Shown in pieces: positions 39,390 through 49,348 of a DNA stretch of 64,000 bases. The stretch is from a virus, in the IMG/VR virus record IMGVR_UViG_3300046782_000129, positions 1 to 64,000 of that record; one strand, 5' to 3'. The translations under genes and the position numbers were made by a program. The notes under the pieces are model-generated. The model searched no databases. It saw only the letters and a program-made list of their open reading frames with translations, and was not told where the DNA came from. How positions within the stretch are numbered: the stretch's first letter is position 1; each line of letters opens with the position of its first letter.

Positions 39390-39412
39390 AAGCCGGGTAG
39401 TAGGAGAGTACC

Positions 39413-39652
39413 GTGGCGCAAGAGCCAGAGGCTCAGGTATGCGGGTGGACACTTTACATGCGTCCACCCGACTACCCTGATCACTTTGTGGTGCTTCAGT
39501 GGTGGGTGACCGCTGAAGGAGGACTCCGGACCAGAAGTACGGCGGTGGTCTGTAACACCTTGGAAGAAGCACGGGCACAGGTGCCCCCCGGCACCATCTG
39601 CATGCCGCGTGATGAAGATGACGATCCCACCGTGATAGAAACGTGGATATGA
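39413..39652 (+). CDS. Small hypothetical protein
   Basis: AGGAG RBS. Confidence 0.65.
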   Translation: MAQEPEAQVCGWTLYMRPPDYPDHFVVLQWWVTAEGGLRTRSTAVVCNTLEEARAQVPPGTICMPRDEDDDPTVIETWI

Positions 39653-40599
39653 ACGAAGCACAGGGTGTGGCTTTTCTGGAAGCGTTGCGGTGCAAGAACA
39701 TCAGAGTCAAAGAGAACGGCTGGATCGAAGCCGGTTGTCCGCTGGCCCGGTGGCTTCATAAACACCATGTCGATGCGACCCCGAGCTTCGGTCTGAACGT
39801 CAGGCCGGGAGAGCGGAGCTACTTCTTGTGCTTTGCGTGTCGGCAAGGAAGTGCCGAAGAACTGCTGCACACCTTGGAGATGTACACACACGTCTCTCAG
39901 GACTACGACTTCGCGCAGTGCCACAAGCTCTTGTCAGACGAAGAGTATGTCGTACCGCTCCCGGCCTACGGAGAGTTCCCGAGACCACAACAGGTCTTTA
40001 GTGAGTGGCCCGCCTATTGGCTGGAGAGTTTCAAACCCGCCGAGTGGGTGGCAGAGTCGGCGGTGTATCTCGCAGCCCGAGGCGTACCGCTGTCCATCGT
40101 CCAGCAGTTCCATCTTCGGTTTGACCACAAGCGGCAGATGATTGTCGTCCCCTACTGGGATGTGTTCGGACGGTTCGCTGGAGCCAGAGGCCGGTCGATC
40201 TTGGAAACCCCGCCCCAGAAGCACCATGACTATAGTTTCCAAGGCGTGAACAACGCCCGACTGGTCTGGCTCAATGAACCGGTGTTGAACCAGACCGGTC
40301 CGGTCGTGGTGGTGGAAGGCCAGTTCGATGTGATGCGAACGGCCCAAGCCTACCAGAAGACGGTGGGCAATCTCACGGCTAAGCCCACCCTAGAGAAGAT
40401 GAAGAAGCTGGGGGACTGTGAGACGGTGATTCAGATTCCGGATCGAGACGAGGCCGGGGAGCAGAGCATCGGGAAATATGCAAGGTTTTGTAAGGAACTA
40501 GGGCTGAAACACAAGGTCGTCTGGTTGGACGAGGGAGTGAAGGATCCGGCAGAGTGCGCGGTGGCGTACCTGAAGGACAAAATCTACGAGCAAATGTAG
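39649..40599 (+). CDS. DNA primase (Zn finger + Toprim)
   Basis: CPLA..H...CFAC, VVVEGQFD, IPDRDEAG, KDP. Confidence 0.88.
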   Translation: MNEAQGVAFLEALRCKNIRVKENGWIEAGCPLARWLHKHHVDATPSFGLNVRPGERSYFLCFACRQGSAEELLHTLEMYTHVSQDYDFAQCHKLLSDEEYVVPLPAYGEFPRPQQVFSEWPAYWLESFKPAEWVAESAVYLAARGVPLSIVQQFHLRFDHKRQMIVVPYWDVFGRFAGARGRSILETPPQKHHDYSFQGVNNARLVWLNEPVLNQTGPVVVVEGQFDVMRTAQAYQKTVGNLTAKPTLEKMKKLGDCETVIQIPDRDEAGEQSIGKYARFCKELGLKHKVVWLDEGVKDPAECAVAYLKDKIYEQM

Positions 40600-40615
40600 C
40601 TGCAATCCGTTGCAC

Positions 40616-40645
40616 TTGACAAACCCACACACAATGTAGTAGGAT
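40616..40645 (+). promoter_or_regulatory. sigma70-type promoter with abutting palindrome
   Basis: TTGACA-N18-TAGGAT; palindrome at 40601-40614. Confidence 0.65.
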
Positions 40646-40683
40646 GGCAAGATGGTCGTGTTACGACCGGAGCGAGGTGACAT

Positions 40684-41463
40684 TTGGCGTTTACCTTCTT
40701 GAAAACAGGCGCAGAAAGCGCAAAGATGGCTCAGAAAGCAGCCTTAGAAGCGGAGCAGCGTCGGTCTGAACAAGGCAAGATGTTTCGGTTCTGGTTGAAG
40801 GAAAAAGAGGAAGCCCGCATCACGTTCGTGGACGGAGACTTGGGTCCGGATGGGTTCTTGGTGCCGCCCCGGTATTGGGAGCACAACCTGTTCCATGACG
40901 GGACGTGGAACAACTTCTACGTGTGTCCCGAGCGGACCAACCCCGAGTCCAATGACAAGTGTCCGATCTGTGAAGCGGGAGAGAACCGAGCCTCCTTGGT
41001 GGCCCTGTTCACCATCATCGATCATCGGTCCATCCAGAGCAAGGACAAGACCAAGACGTACAAGGACACGAAGAAGCTGCTGGTCGCCAAGTCGCAGACG
41101 TTCGAACTGCTGAACAACCGAGCGATCAAGCGGGGCGGGTTGACCTGCTGCACCTTCGATGCTCAGCGAATCGGGGACAAGTCGGCGTCAGTCGGCAGTC
41201 AGTTCGACTTCGTGGAGAAGCACGACCTCAAGGAACTCCAGAAGCTGTACATGATCGAGAAGATCGACCCGAAGACCAACCTGAAGATCAAGATGACCAA
41301 CTTCACTCCTGCCGAATACGAGAAGGAAATTACCTTTCGGACGGGGGAACAGTTGCGGATGCTGTTGAAGGGAAAGATTTCTGACGGCGGCGGCGGGGAC
41401 GATAATCCCCCTTTTGAGAAGGCTGGGTCCACGGGGGCAGTGGACTACAGCAAGGAACTGTAG
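40684..41463 (+). CDS. Putative ssDNA-binding protein (gp32-like)
   Basis: RFWLK...EH...C...CPICEAG and acidic tail DDNPPF. Confidence 0.65.
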   Translation: MAFTFLKTGAESAKMAQKAALEAEQRRSEQGKMFRFWLKEKEEARITFVDGDLGPDGFLVPPRYWEHNLFHDGTWNNFYVCPERTNPESNDKCPICEAGENRASLVALFTIIDHRSIQSKDKTKTYKDTKKLLVAKSQTFELLNNRAIKRGGLTCCTFDAQRIGDKSASVGSQFDFVEKHDLKELQKLYMIEKIDPKTNLKIKMTNFTPAEYEKEITFRTGEQLRMLLKGKISDGGGGDDNPPFEKAGSTGAVDYSKEL

Positions 41464-41587
41464 GCCCGTCGTATAATGTTCGTCGGGGGGCGTGCTGGGT
41501 GGAAGTGTGGTCATTGCACCTTGTCCCTGCCCGTGGCTGCATGGTTCTGGTGCGCCTCCCTAATTTTGACCGATGGAGCGGTGAAGC

Positions 41588-42931
41588 ATGGGATTTGTAG
41601 TAGAAGTAGTGCCGATCTTAACGGGGGCGATGTCAGCCTTGCCCTACTCGGAGGGGCTGGAACATCTGTACACGTTTCAATCGGCGTTTGACGAGACGGT
41701 ACGCGGAGCCGTCAAGCAGGGCAACACGTTGTTGGTGCCACGGGAGAGCGTGCCGTACGCGCTACCGAAGAATGACTATCGAACGCTGAGTCCTTCCAAG
41801 CCGGTGAAGGTCACGTTCATCCCTCGCAATGAGGAACAGCAGAAGCTGAGCGTCAAATCGTTGAACCTGTTGTATCAGGGACACAGCCATTTGTTCGAAG
41901 CCCCTACGGGGTGGGGCAAGACGGTGGTGGGAGGTGTCATCGCGGCGTCGTTCGGTCAGCCCACGCTGATTGTCGTGACCAAGGAAGACCTGATGCACCA
42001 GTGGCGCGATTCGCTGACACAGGTGCTGGGAATTTCCCCGTCGCTGATCGGCCACATTCAACAGGACGTGTGTGACTGGAAGGGCAAGCAGTTCGTTCTA
42101 GGCATGGTGCAGAGTCTGATCATCGAGGACAAGTACCCATCGGAGATGTATCGAAACTTCGGGCTGTTGGTGTTGGACGAAGTACACCAGATGGCGGCAG
42201 AGTGCTTCGTCCGGTCGTGCCAGTTGTTCACGGCCAAGCTGAGACTCGGCTTCAGTGCGACCCCCATGAGGAAAGACGGCAAGACCAAGCTCCTGCACTG
42301 GCACATTGGTCAGACGCTGGTGAAGGGCACCATTCTGAATTCTAAACCCAAGGTGCTGATTAGGCAGACGGGCTGGAAGATTCCGTACCACAGCAAGCTG
42401 ATCGGCCACAATTGGCAGCAGGTCCCGATCCCTCACTCGCCCGGTCGCATGATGACGGTGAACAAGGCCATCGCGGCGTCGGAAGGCCGGAACCTAGAGA
42501 TTGTAAATTTTGTCGTCCAGAGCTACAAATCTGACCGTATCACCTTGGTGATGTCCGACTTACGGGAGGCCCATCTGAATCGGCTGTTTCAGATGTTGAC
42601 AAATGAGGGCATTCCGGGTAATGATATTGGATACTATCTTGGCGGCATGTCCAAGATCGAACTGTCGCACACAAAGCAGCGACGAGTGGTCCTTGGGACC
42701 TACAAAATGTGTGCGACGGGTACAGACGTACCGAGGTGGGATACGCTGGTGATGGCGACCCCCCGAGCGGACGTGAAGCAGGCGATAGGCCGAGTGCTCA
42801 GAGCAGCCGAGGGCAAAAAACAGCCGGTGATTCTCGACCTCGTGGATTACAACGCCATCTTTCAGGGATTCCACATGGCACGTCTCAAGACGTACTACGC
42901 CATCGGGGCGGAAGTCGTCAAGGTGCAATGA
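41588..42931 (+). CDS. SF2 DExH helicase
   Basis: APTGWGKT, LDEVH, SATP.R.DG, QAIGRVLR. Confidence 0.9.
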   Translation: MGFVVEVVPILTGAMSALPYSEGLEHLYTFQSAFDETVRGAVKQGNTLLVPRESVPYALPKNDYRTLSPSKPVKVTFIPRNEEQQKLSVKSLNLLYQGHSHLFEAPTGWGKTVVGGVIAASFGQPTLIVVTKEDLMHQWRDSLTQVLGISPSLIGHIQQDVCDWKGKQFVLGMVQSLIIEDKYPSEMYRNFGLLVLDEVHQMAAECFVRSCQLFTAKLRLGFSATPMRKDGKTKLLHWHIGQTLVKGTILNSKPKVLIRQTGWKIPYHSKLIGHNWQQVPIPHSPGRMMTVNKAIAASEGRNLEIVNFVVQSYKSDRITLVMSDLREAHLNRLFQMLTNEGIPGNDIGYYLGGMSKIELSHTKQRRVVLGTYKMCATGTDVPRWDTLVMATPRADVKQAIGRVLRAAEGKKQPVILDLVDYNAIFQGFHMARLKTYYAIGAEVVKVQ

Positions 42932-43395
42932 TGGAGACGAACATGGCGTTGATTATGAAAACGCAGGAGCCGGTGACCTCTGGACCGGCCAAAGGATTCA
43001 GTTGGGATGCGTGGTATGCCAAGAACAAGTCCCGGCTGTCCGAGAAGCGTGCGAGGCGATACCGTGAAGACACCGCCTATCGTGAGGCCGCGTTGGAGCG
43101 AAGCCGCAAGCAGCGTGAGACGAAGAAAGTCACCGTGAAGGATGACAACTGGGTGTCCTTCAACGATGCCGCTGTTGGTCTCGGCATCACGGTCTGGGTG
43201 CTTCGTGAGTGGCGGCGGAAGGACTACTTCCCCGAGCCAGCACGGCGACAGGGACGGCTGTGGTTTACTCCACCGCAGGTCCAATTGCTGCAACGATTGC
43301 ACGAGTTCTTCGTGGCGCACGGGGTGCGTGTGACGGAGGCCAATCGTCAGGCCCTTGAGGAAGTGGTTAGTTTGATTTATGCGAATTGGAGCTAA
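42928..43395 (+). CDS. MerR-like HTH protein
   Basis: AAVGLGITVWVLREWRRKDYFPEP.R...LWFT. Start may be 42943. Confidence 0.65.
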   Translation: MMETNMALIMKTQEPVTSGPAKGFSWDAWYAKNKSRLSEKRARRYREDTAYREAALERSRKQRETKKVTVKDDNWVSFNDAAVGLGITVWVLREWRRKDYFPEPARRQGRLWFTPPQVQLLQRLHEFFVAHGVRVTEANRQALEEVVSLIYANWS

Positions 43396-43398
43396 CGT

Positions 43399-43749
43399 GT
43401 GCCGTTGAAGATGAAAAAGGGGATTCTCCCGAAGGGACCGGACTACCACAAGCACCTGATGTCCAAGCCGATCACGGGGATGGAGTCATCGTCCAAGTCG
43501 GTGTCTGGAGAGAAGGTGGCCGAGTCCACGGGAGAAACCCAGACGCTCCACCCCGGCGTCTTCACCAACGGCATGTCCATTACGGTTGAGGGCGGTCGCG
43601 TGTTGAATCTCGGCAACTACGAGACCGCCCGCGTTGGCGTCACGATCACGGTGCCCTGCGACAAAGACACGTTGAATGAGGCGTACATCTTCGCCACCGG
43701 ATGGGTGTCTTCGAAGATCGAAGAAGCGGTCAAACTTGCTAAGGAGTAG
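43399..43749 (+). CDS. Hypothetical protein
   Basis: LNLGNYETARVGV motif. Confidence 0.7.
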   Translation: MPLKMKKGILPKGPDYHKHLMSKPITGMESSSKSVSGEKVAESTGETQTLHPGVFTNGMSITVEGGRVLNLGNYETARVGVTITVPCDKDTLNEAYIFATGWVSSKIEEAVKLAKE

Positions 43750-43751
43750 CC

Positions 43752-43952
43752 ATGTATGAGCCGGTTGAACCGTTGCTGGTGAACAAAGAAAACGCGGCCA
43801 AGATGTTGGGCGTGGGCCAAGTGGCCCTGAACCGTCTGATTCGAACCGGTGAACTGTCGGTCATCGACTTGGGCCGCAGGTCGCCACGTCTTTCGGTCGA
43901 GGAAATCAAAAGTCTCATTGCCCGTCGCATGAAGTTGACCGCAGCAGAATAG
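43752..43952 (+). CDS. Excisionase-like HTH protein
   Basis: AAKMLGV...LIRTGEL. Confidence 0.75.
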   Translation: MYEPVEPLLVNKENAAKMLGVGQVALNRLIRTGELSVIDLGRRSPRLSVEEIKSLIARRMKLTAAE

Positions 43953-43954
43953 AC

Positions 43955-43983
43955 TTGACAAATAGGTCTGGTTCTGCCAGACT
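43955..43983 (+). promoter_or_regulatory. sigma70-type promoter
   Basis: TTGACA-N17-CAGACT with extended TG. Confidence 0.55.
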
Positions 43984-44007
43984 GCGGGTCGTCATCCCAC
44001 GCAAGGA

Positions 44008-45186
44008 GTGCCTTTGGCCCTAGTCCTGAAGTCTGAGGGGAAGACTGTCCCGTCCGTCAAGAAGGATAGGAAGCCTCCAACTGGTACGTTGCAAGAGGTG
44101 TTGGTCGGGATCCGCAAAGACAAGGGTGAGAAGGTCGTGGTGGCAGGAAACGAAATTCCTGTCGTCAGACGTCTCCCCACAGGCATCTTCGAATTTGATT
44201 TTTATACCGGTGGCGGCTTCCCGTGTGGCCGCTACAGCATTGTGTACGGTCCCGAGTCCGGGAACAAGACCAACGTCTGCCTCAAGGCTGTGTCCCATGC
44301 ACAGAAGCAACCGCCTCCCTGTAACAAAGCGATCTGGGTCAACATCGAACAAAGCTTCGACCCCGTTTGGGCAGAGCGTATGGGCGTCGATACTAAAGCT
44401 TTGTTGGTGGTTAACGCTGGCTATGGTGAGGAAGCCATTGATCTGGTGGATGCGCTGGTTCGGGCGGAGGATGTGGCCATTGTGGTTGTGGATTCTATGG
44501 CGGGTCTCATCGCCAGCAAAGAGATTGCCCAATCCGTCGAGCAATATGACGTCGGAACCTCCGCTCTCCTGATCAAACGCATGGTGAACAAGCTCATGAT
44601 CGCCTTCGGGGAAGAATCGAAGCGTGACCATGACCCCTGCGTCATCCTGATCAACCAGACTCGGTACAAGGTCGGGGTGATGTTCGGAGACCCGGAGACC
44701 ATGCCCGGTGGAGAGGCCCAGAAGTTTCTGTCCAGCCTCCGCGTGCGGTTGAGTGCGAAGAACGTCATCGACAAGGCCACCGGGATCTTGGTGTTCAAAG
44801 AAACCAAGGTGGTCGTCAAGAAGGCCAAGGTCCCAGTCAGGACCACCAGCTTTGAGTTCAGCCTCTGTGTCCACGCCCACGATGATCTGAAGGTCGGAGA
44901 GACCGATAGCTTCAACACCGTGAAGTCTCACCTCCAAGCGTTAGGGATGTTGGTCAAGACCTCCAAGGGTTATGCCCTGACGCAGAATGGAAAGACGCAG
45001 AACTATTCTACGCTGACGGCGATGCAGGACCGGTATCTGAAGGACGCCGTGTTCAAGATGTTCTTGCAGAGCATGGTGATCGAAGCGTACCGAGACAAGA
45101 TGGTGTTGGTCGAAGAGACGAATTATTCCCCGAATGATGTGGAGCCGGGAACGCCGGTCGAAGTGCAATCAGTTGCCGAGGAATGA
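44008..45186 (+). CDS. recA: RecA-like recombinase
   Basis: PTGIFEFD..TGGGFP, YGPESGNKT, VVVDS, INQTRYKVGVMFGDPETMPGG. Confidence 0.9.
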   Translation: MPLALVLKSEGKTVPSVKKDRKPPTGTLQEVLVGIRKDKGEKVVVAGNEIPVVRRLPTGIFEFDFYTGGGFPCGRYSIVYGPESGNKTNVCLKAVSHAQKQPPPCNKAIWVNIEQSFDPVWAERMGVDTKALLVVNAGYGEEAIDLVDALVRAEDVAIVVVDSMAGLIASKEIAQSVEQYDVGTSALLIKRMVNKLMIAFGEESKRDHDPCVILINQTRYKVGVMFGDPETMPGGEAQKFLSSLRVRLSAKNVIDKATGILVFKETKVVVKKAKVPVRTTSFEFSLCVHAHDDLKVGETDSFNTVKSHLQALGMLVKTSKGYALTQNGKTQNYSTLTAMQDRYLKDAVFKMFLQSMVIEAYRDKMVLVEETNYSPNDVEPGTPVEVQSVAEE

Positions 45187-45187
45187 A

Positions 45188-45511
45188 GTGGGATTGCATA
45201 TCAGTCCGGAAGCGAATGACCTCATAAAAGTGCATTGGACAGATGCGGCACTGGAGGTTGTTCATGCCATAGCCCAGACTACTATGTACCTTACGACAGA
45301 TAAGGTCTGGTGGACGCTACCAGCACACTATCGAAAAGTCGTGAGAGAGCCACGAAGGTTGGGACCGGTGATGGTCAGAGCGCGGTCACTTGGGTGGATT
45401 ACTTCTATGGAAAAGTGGTCCAAAAGCAATCGTTCTGTGAATCATCACAGACCTCTTAGGATGTGGAAGTCATTGCTGTTCAAAAAAGTGGTGGTAATAC
45501 GCAGAGGGTGA
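45188..45511 (+). CDS. Hypothetical protein
   Basis: GAGGA RBS before GTG; REPRRLGPVM.RA..LGWI. Confidence 0.55.
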   Translation: MGLHISPEANDLIKVHWTDAALEVVHAIAQTTMYLTTDKVWWTLPAHYRKVVREPRRLGPVMVRARSLGWITSMEKWSKSNRSVNHHRPLRMWKSLLFKKVVVIRRG

Positions 45512-45877
45512 GTGATGCCGAACCCGTATCTGGACCGCTTAGCAGCGCAGGGTAACAACGCCCACGGCAAGAAGTCAGAGCGCAAGGTGGCCAAGAAGTT
45601 GGGTGCCAAACTCCATCCGAATTCCGGAGCCATGGTGGGGGCGAAGTCTGATGCCAGCCTCAAGACTTATCGACTCGAAATGAAATCGACCACCACGCAA
45701 ACGCTCATCATCGAGATGGCGTGGCTGGTGAAAATCGCACAAGAAGCCTTAGCCCATGGGCAGACCCCTGCCGTCGTGGCGTCCTTCGTGGACCCCCAAG
45801 GGAACCCACGAATGAAGACCTACGCCGAGTGGGTGGTACTGCCCATGGCCACATTCAAAGACCTCACTGAGACGTAG
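45512..45877 (+). CDS. PD-(D/E)xK nuclease, Hjc-type resolvase-like
   Basis: GKKSERKVAK, SGA..KSD, LEMKST. Confidence 0.7.
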   Translation: MMPNPYLDRLAAQGNNAHGKKSERKVAKKLGAKLHPNSGAMVGAKSDASLKTYRLEMKSTTTQTLIIEMAWLVKIAQEALAHGQTPAVVASFVDPQGNPRMKTYAEWVVLPMATFKDLTET

Positions 45878-45879
45878 CC

Positions 45880-46776
45880 ATGACCTCGTGGTTGCACAAC
45901 GCCATTCACCAGTCCAACAAGCCGAAGCAGTCGGTGATTGGTGTGCTCAAGCGGCACTTGGGGGGCATGCACCCCGGACGGTCGATGAAGGTGCTCCATG
46001 CCTCCGACGTGACTAAGCCACACTTCTGTCCACGTCGATGGGCCTTCTTCGATATCTTTGAGAAGGATCCACCACCCGATCCTGTGTCGGCGGCACTAGA
46101 CGTGACGTTCCAGATGGGTCTCCATGCTGAGCAACTGGTGGTCGAAGAGTGGGGCGGCGATGCCGTGATTGGGAACTGGCGATGCCGATATTGTGGAGAG
46201 CAACGGTCAATGGTACCCAAGCCCGAGGGCTGGTGCTCCGACGACCGGAGGCACTGGTGGCAGTATCTTCAGATGACCGTGGAGGCCCCGGAGTACGGAA
46301 TCCAAGGCGGCATCGATGCGTTGTTCAACATCGGGGCACCGCAACTGGTGATTACCGAGATGAAGACGCTGAACCCCACGGAATTTGAAACGATCCTGAC
46401 GCCTCTGCCAGAGCACCGGCTCCGCACCAACCTGTACATGCGGATCTTGGAACAGTCGTTGCATCCGTTCAAAGAAAAAATCAACACCAAGGAAGCCAGA
46501 GTGTTGTATATTAGCCGTGGCTATGGAAAGCTGAACGCCGAGTGGAATGAGATTCTGCCGTTCAAGGAGTTCACGGTCAAAAGGAACGACGGGGATTTAC
46601 AGGAGTTTCTGAAGCGGGCAACGTTGTTGAAGGAGTTCCGAGACCATGGTGTGATGCCTCCGGGCATCTGCACCACCGCGTTGGACAAGATTGCCAAGGC
46701 GTGCAGCGTGTGTCCCCCGTGCTTCTCCGGGAAGTATCCAGCCGGGAAGAAGGTGGAGTGCGTACCGCAGGTTTAG
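45880..46776 (+). CDS. Cas4-like PD-(D/E)xK exonuclease
   Basis: HASD...FCPR, G..AE, GGID, EMKT and C-terminal Cys cluster. Confidence 0.72.
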   Translation: MTSWLHNAIHQSNKPKQSVIGVLKRHLGGMHPGRSMKVLHASDVTKPHFCPRRWAFFDIFEKDPPPDPVSAALDVTFQMGLHAEQLVVEEWGGDAVIGNWRCRYCGEQRSMVPKPEGWCSDDRRHWWQYLQMTVEAPEYGIQGGIDALFNIGAPQLVITEMKTLNPTEFETILTPLPEHRLRTNLYMRILEQSLHPFKEKINTKEARVLYISRGYGKLNAEWNEILPFKEFTVKRNDGDLQEFLKRATLLKEFRDHGVMPPGICTTALDKIAKACSVCPPCFSGKYPAGKKVECVPQV

Positions 46777-47249
46777 ACCCAGCCACCTGTACTGGTCTAG
46801 CACTGGTAGGAGAGGACGAAGACCGAGGCAAGACGATCCACATCAAGAAGGAGCGTGGCTTTCTTCGACTGCAACTGATTGCCAACGAGGTTTCTGAAAC
46901 GCTCCACACATGGGATCCGCTCTTTGTGGCGGTCGAGGGATACGCTTACGTCCGGAACGTGAGTTCGTTCGTCACACTGGTAGAGATTGGCACGGCGATT
47001 CGGATCGCCTTGAAGCAGATGGACATGTCGTGGGTCGAGGTGCCGCCGACCGTGCTAAAGAAATGGACGACAGGACGTGGAAACGCAACAAAAGACGAGA
47101 TGGCACTGGCCGTTAACCAGCGATGGGGATTCCATAGCCACTCGCATGATATCGTGGATGCGATTGCACTGGCGCAGATGGCGCAGCTAGGCTGGAAAGA
47201 AGTGCAAGAAATTCACGGCGTCACGGTCGGATGGACAAATTTCCGTTGA
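46758..47249 (+). CDS. ruvC: RuvC-like Holliday junction resolvase
   Basis: GLDP, VAVEG, P..LKKWTTGRGNATK, DIVDA. Confidence 0.85.
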   Translation: MRTAGLDPATCTGLALVGEDEDRGKTIHIKKERGFLRLQLIANEVSETLHTWDPLFVAVEGYAYVRNVSSFVTLVEIGTAIRIALKQMDMSWVEVPPTVLKKWTTGRGNATKDEMALAVNQRWGFHSHSHDIVDAIALAQMAQLGWKEVQEIHGVTVGWTNFR

Positions 47250-47275
47250 CAAACGGATACTAACTTCAGTAGAGT
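47246..47275 (+). promoter_or_regulatory. sigma70-type promoter
   Basis: TTGACA-N18-TAGAGT. Confidence 0.55.
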
Positions 47276-47342
47276 GAAAACAGCCACAAAAGCTGGGCTA
47301 AACAGATCGTTGAGTCCAAGGAGTGGAAAGGAGTAGTTTGTG

Positions 47343-48074
47343 ATGAAAATCGGAGCATTTCGAAAGAACGTCGGGAAGACTCTCACGGTCAAGTCCACCA
47401 AACTGGGGCTGAAGACCGTCGCCAAGAACACGGCCCGGACGAACATCGCACTGGGCACCGTCGCGCTGAAGGTCCACACGGGCCAGTTGCTTCAGACGAT
47501 GAACCAGTACCTGCTCGGCGTGCAGCAGACGCAGGAGATGAAGGACTCGGCTCTGCCGGTCATGGGCAACATCGGGTACGACTTGGCTCTGTTGGCCAAG
47601 GTGCTCAAGGGCAAGCTGCCGTCGAGCACGAAGAAGATCAAGCTGGTGGGCACGCGGGCGGCGGCGATCCTCATGCTGGACGGTCTGGCCACGGATTTGC
47701 TGGTGCAGGTTCAGCGAGGCGCGTTTCAGGCCCCCAAGATGACCACGGTCAAGAAGCTGGTCTCCATGCCCCTGAAGGGCGGAGCCAAGGAAGAGCGCAA
47801 CGTCGAGGTCGTGGACTCGGAGGCCGAGAACGCCGCCGAGACGGAGCGTCAGACGGAGATGAAGTCGTTCCTCAGCGGGGCGGTGGATGTCTACTGGCGG
47901 CTGTGCTTTGACCTGTTCGGACAGCCCCCGGTGCATGTGCTGGAACACCAGTTCAAGGTCATGCAGCAGGCGTACCCGTCCGTCGAGTTCAACGCGAAGC
48001 CCAAGGTGAAGAAGGCCCCGGCGAAGGCCGTTGCCAAGGTCAAGAAGAGCAAGGCCGAAGCGGTGTCCGCGTAG
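47343..48074 (+). CDS. Hypothetical basic protein
   Basis: AAGGAG RBS; Lys/Ala-rich histone-like tail. Confidence 0.75.
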   Translation: MKIGAFRKNVGKTLTVKSTKLGLKTVAKNTARTNIALGTVALKVHTGQLLQTMNQYLLGVQQTQEMKDSALPVMGNIGYDLALLAKVLKGKLPSSTKKIKLVGTRAAAILMLDGLATDLLVQVQRGAFQAPKMTTVKKLVSMPLKGGAKEERNVEVVDSEAENAAETERQTEMKSFLSGAVDVYWRLCFDLFGQPPVHVLEHQFKVMQQAYPSVEFNAKPKVKKAPAKAVAKVKKSKAEAVSA

Positions 48075-48077
48075 GAC

Positions 48078-48107
48078 TTGACAAATCAGCACCGGCCATG
48101 CCATAAT
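48078..48107 (+). promoter_or_regulatory. sigma70-type promoter
   Basis: TTGACA-N18-CATAAT with extended TG. Confidence 0.7.
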
Positions 48108-48136
48108 AGGCAGGTTCGGTTCAAGGAGGAACAGAA

Positions 48137-48937
48137 ATGAGTTCAGCAGCAGAGTCAGCAACGGTGGTCGAGGAAGCCAAGACGGAAACGACCGCCATCG
48201 GGAAGAAGAAGGTCGAGAAGACGGGCAATCTGATCGTGGACATCGCCCATGAGGTCGAAGGTCTCACGAAGACGAAGGCCCTCAACGAGGCCGACCGGTT
48301 GGCCGAGAACATCGAGGTCAACTACTTCAAGATGGGCGGCGTCTTGAAGCTCATCAACGACAACTCGTGGTTCGAAGGCTTCGAACTGTTCGATGACTTC
48401 GTGCGGGAGAAGTATGGATTCGAAGGGCGGAAGGCCCGCTACCTCGTCTCCATCTACGACAACCTCGTCACCAAGATGATCCCGTGGGAGAAGGTCAGTC
48501 ATCTGGGCTGGACCAAGCTCAAGGATCTGGCCCCCGTCCTCACGGTGGACAACGTGGACGAGTGGGTGGCGAAGGCCGAGAAGCTGACGGTCAAGGAACT
48601 CTTGGCCATCATCAAGGAAGCCAAGGAGACCGGTGAGGGCGGCGACAAGAAGATCAAGACGACGGACGAGTTCGTCAAGATCAACTTCAAGCTCAAGCCC
48701 GATCAGGCGGAGATTGTGACGCAGGCTCTGGCGAAGGCCAAGGGTGAGCTTCACACGGAATTCGATGCCGTGGCTATCGAAAATATCTGCATGGGCTACG
48801 TCGGCGGGACGATTTCTGTCCCGAAGCCCTTCAGTCTGGACGAAGTGATCGAGACGACTGGGTTCGAACCGATGCTCAAACGGATCGCGGAGCTTTTCCC
48901 GTCCTATGACATCACGGTCGCGCCGGTCGAAGCGTAA
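48137..48937 (+). CDS. Putative DNA-binding protein (DUF3102-like HTH)
   Basis: MGGVLKLI...FDDFV.EKYGF..RKARYL...LGWTKL; AAGGAGG RBS. Confidence 0.6.
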   Translation: MSSAAESATVVEEAKTETTAIGKKKVEKTGNLIVDIAHEVEGLTKTKALNEADRLAENIEVNYFKMGGVLKLINDNSWFEGFELFDDFVREKYGFEGRKARYLVSIYDNLVTKMIPWEKVSHLGWTKLKDLAPVLTVDNVDEWVAKAEKLTVKELLAIIKEAKETGEGGDKKIKTTDEFVKINFKLKPDQAEIVTQALAKAKGELHTEFDAVAIENICMGYVGGTISVPKPFSLDEVIETTGFEPMLKRIAELFPSYDITVAPVEA

Positions 48938-48968
48938 GAAATTCGGGCGGCAACTGACGCCCGAGGGG

Positions 48969-49025
48969 TGGTTGGGTCAGGGTGAGGATGTCATTCCGCA
49001 GCCCGCCCAACCATGTTTTTCTTTT
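48969..49025 (+). terminator. Long hairpin plus U-tract terminator
   Basis: TGGTTGGG...CCCAACCA then TGTTTTTCTTTT. Confidence 0.65.
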
Positions 49026-49093
49026 GGCACTTGATTGCATAGGGTCAAGCAGCGTAGACTGTGGCTCCCCCGCCGTATAAAAGGAGCACATGA

Positions 49094-49333
49094 ATGGCTG
49101 AGACACCAGAACAACCCACGGATCCCACGTCCCCACCGGAAACGACTCCACCGGCCCATCCCGATCACGAACTACCGGGTGGCCCCGGCAGACCGGGTGG
49201 AAGTCCCGGACGTCCGGGTGGACCTATCGGACCCGGAGGCCCCGGTGGACCGGCTGGTCCCGGTGGTCCCGGTGGTGGTCCCGTCAGGCCCGGAGACAAA
49301 CCGGAACCCGGACGGCCACAGCCGAAGCGGTAA
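49094..49333 (+). CDS. Pro/Gly-rich small protein
   Basis: AAGGAG RBS; PGG repeats. Confidence 0.6.
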   Translation: MAETPEQPTDPTSPPETTPPAHPDHELPGGPGRPGGSPGRPGGPIGPGGPGGPAGPGGPGGGPVRPGDKPEPGRPQPKR

Positions 49334-49348
49334 ACGTTACGCACGGAA

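Noticed and set aside
43752-43952. Excisionase-like gene as proof of a temperate lifestyle
   Set aside because: No integrase, att site or clear repressor in the window; such HTH proteins also occur in lytic phages.
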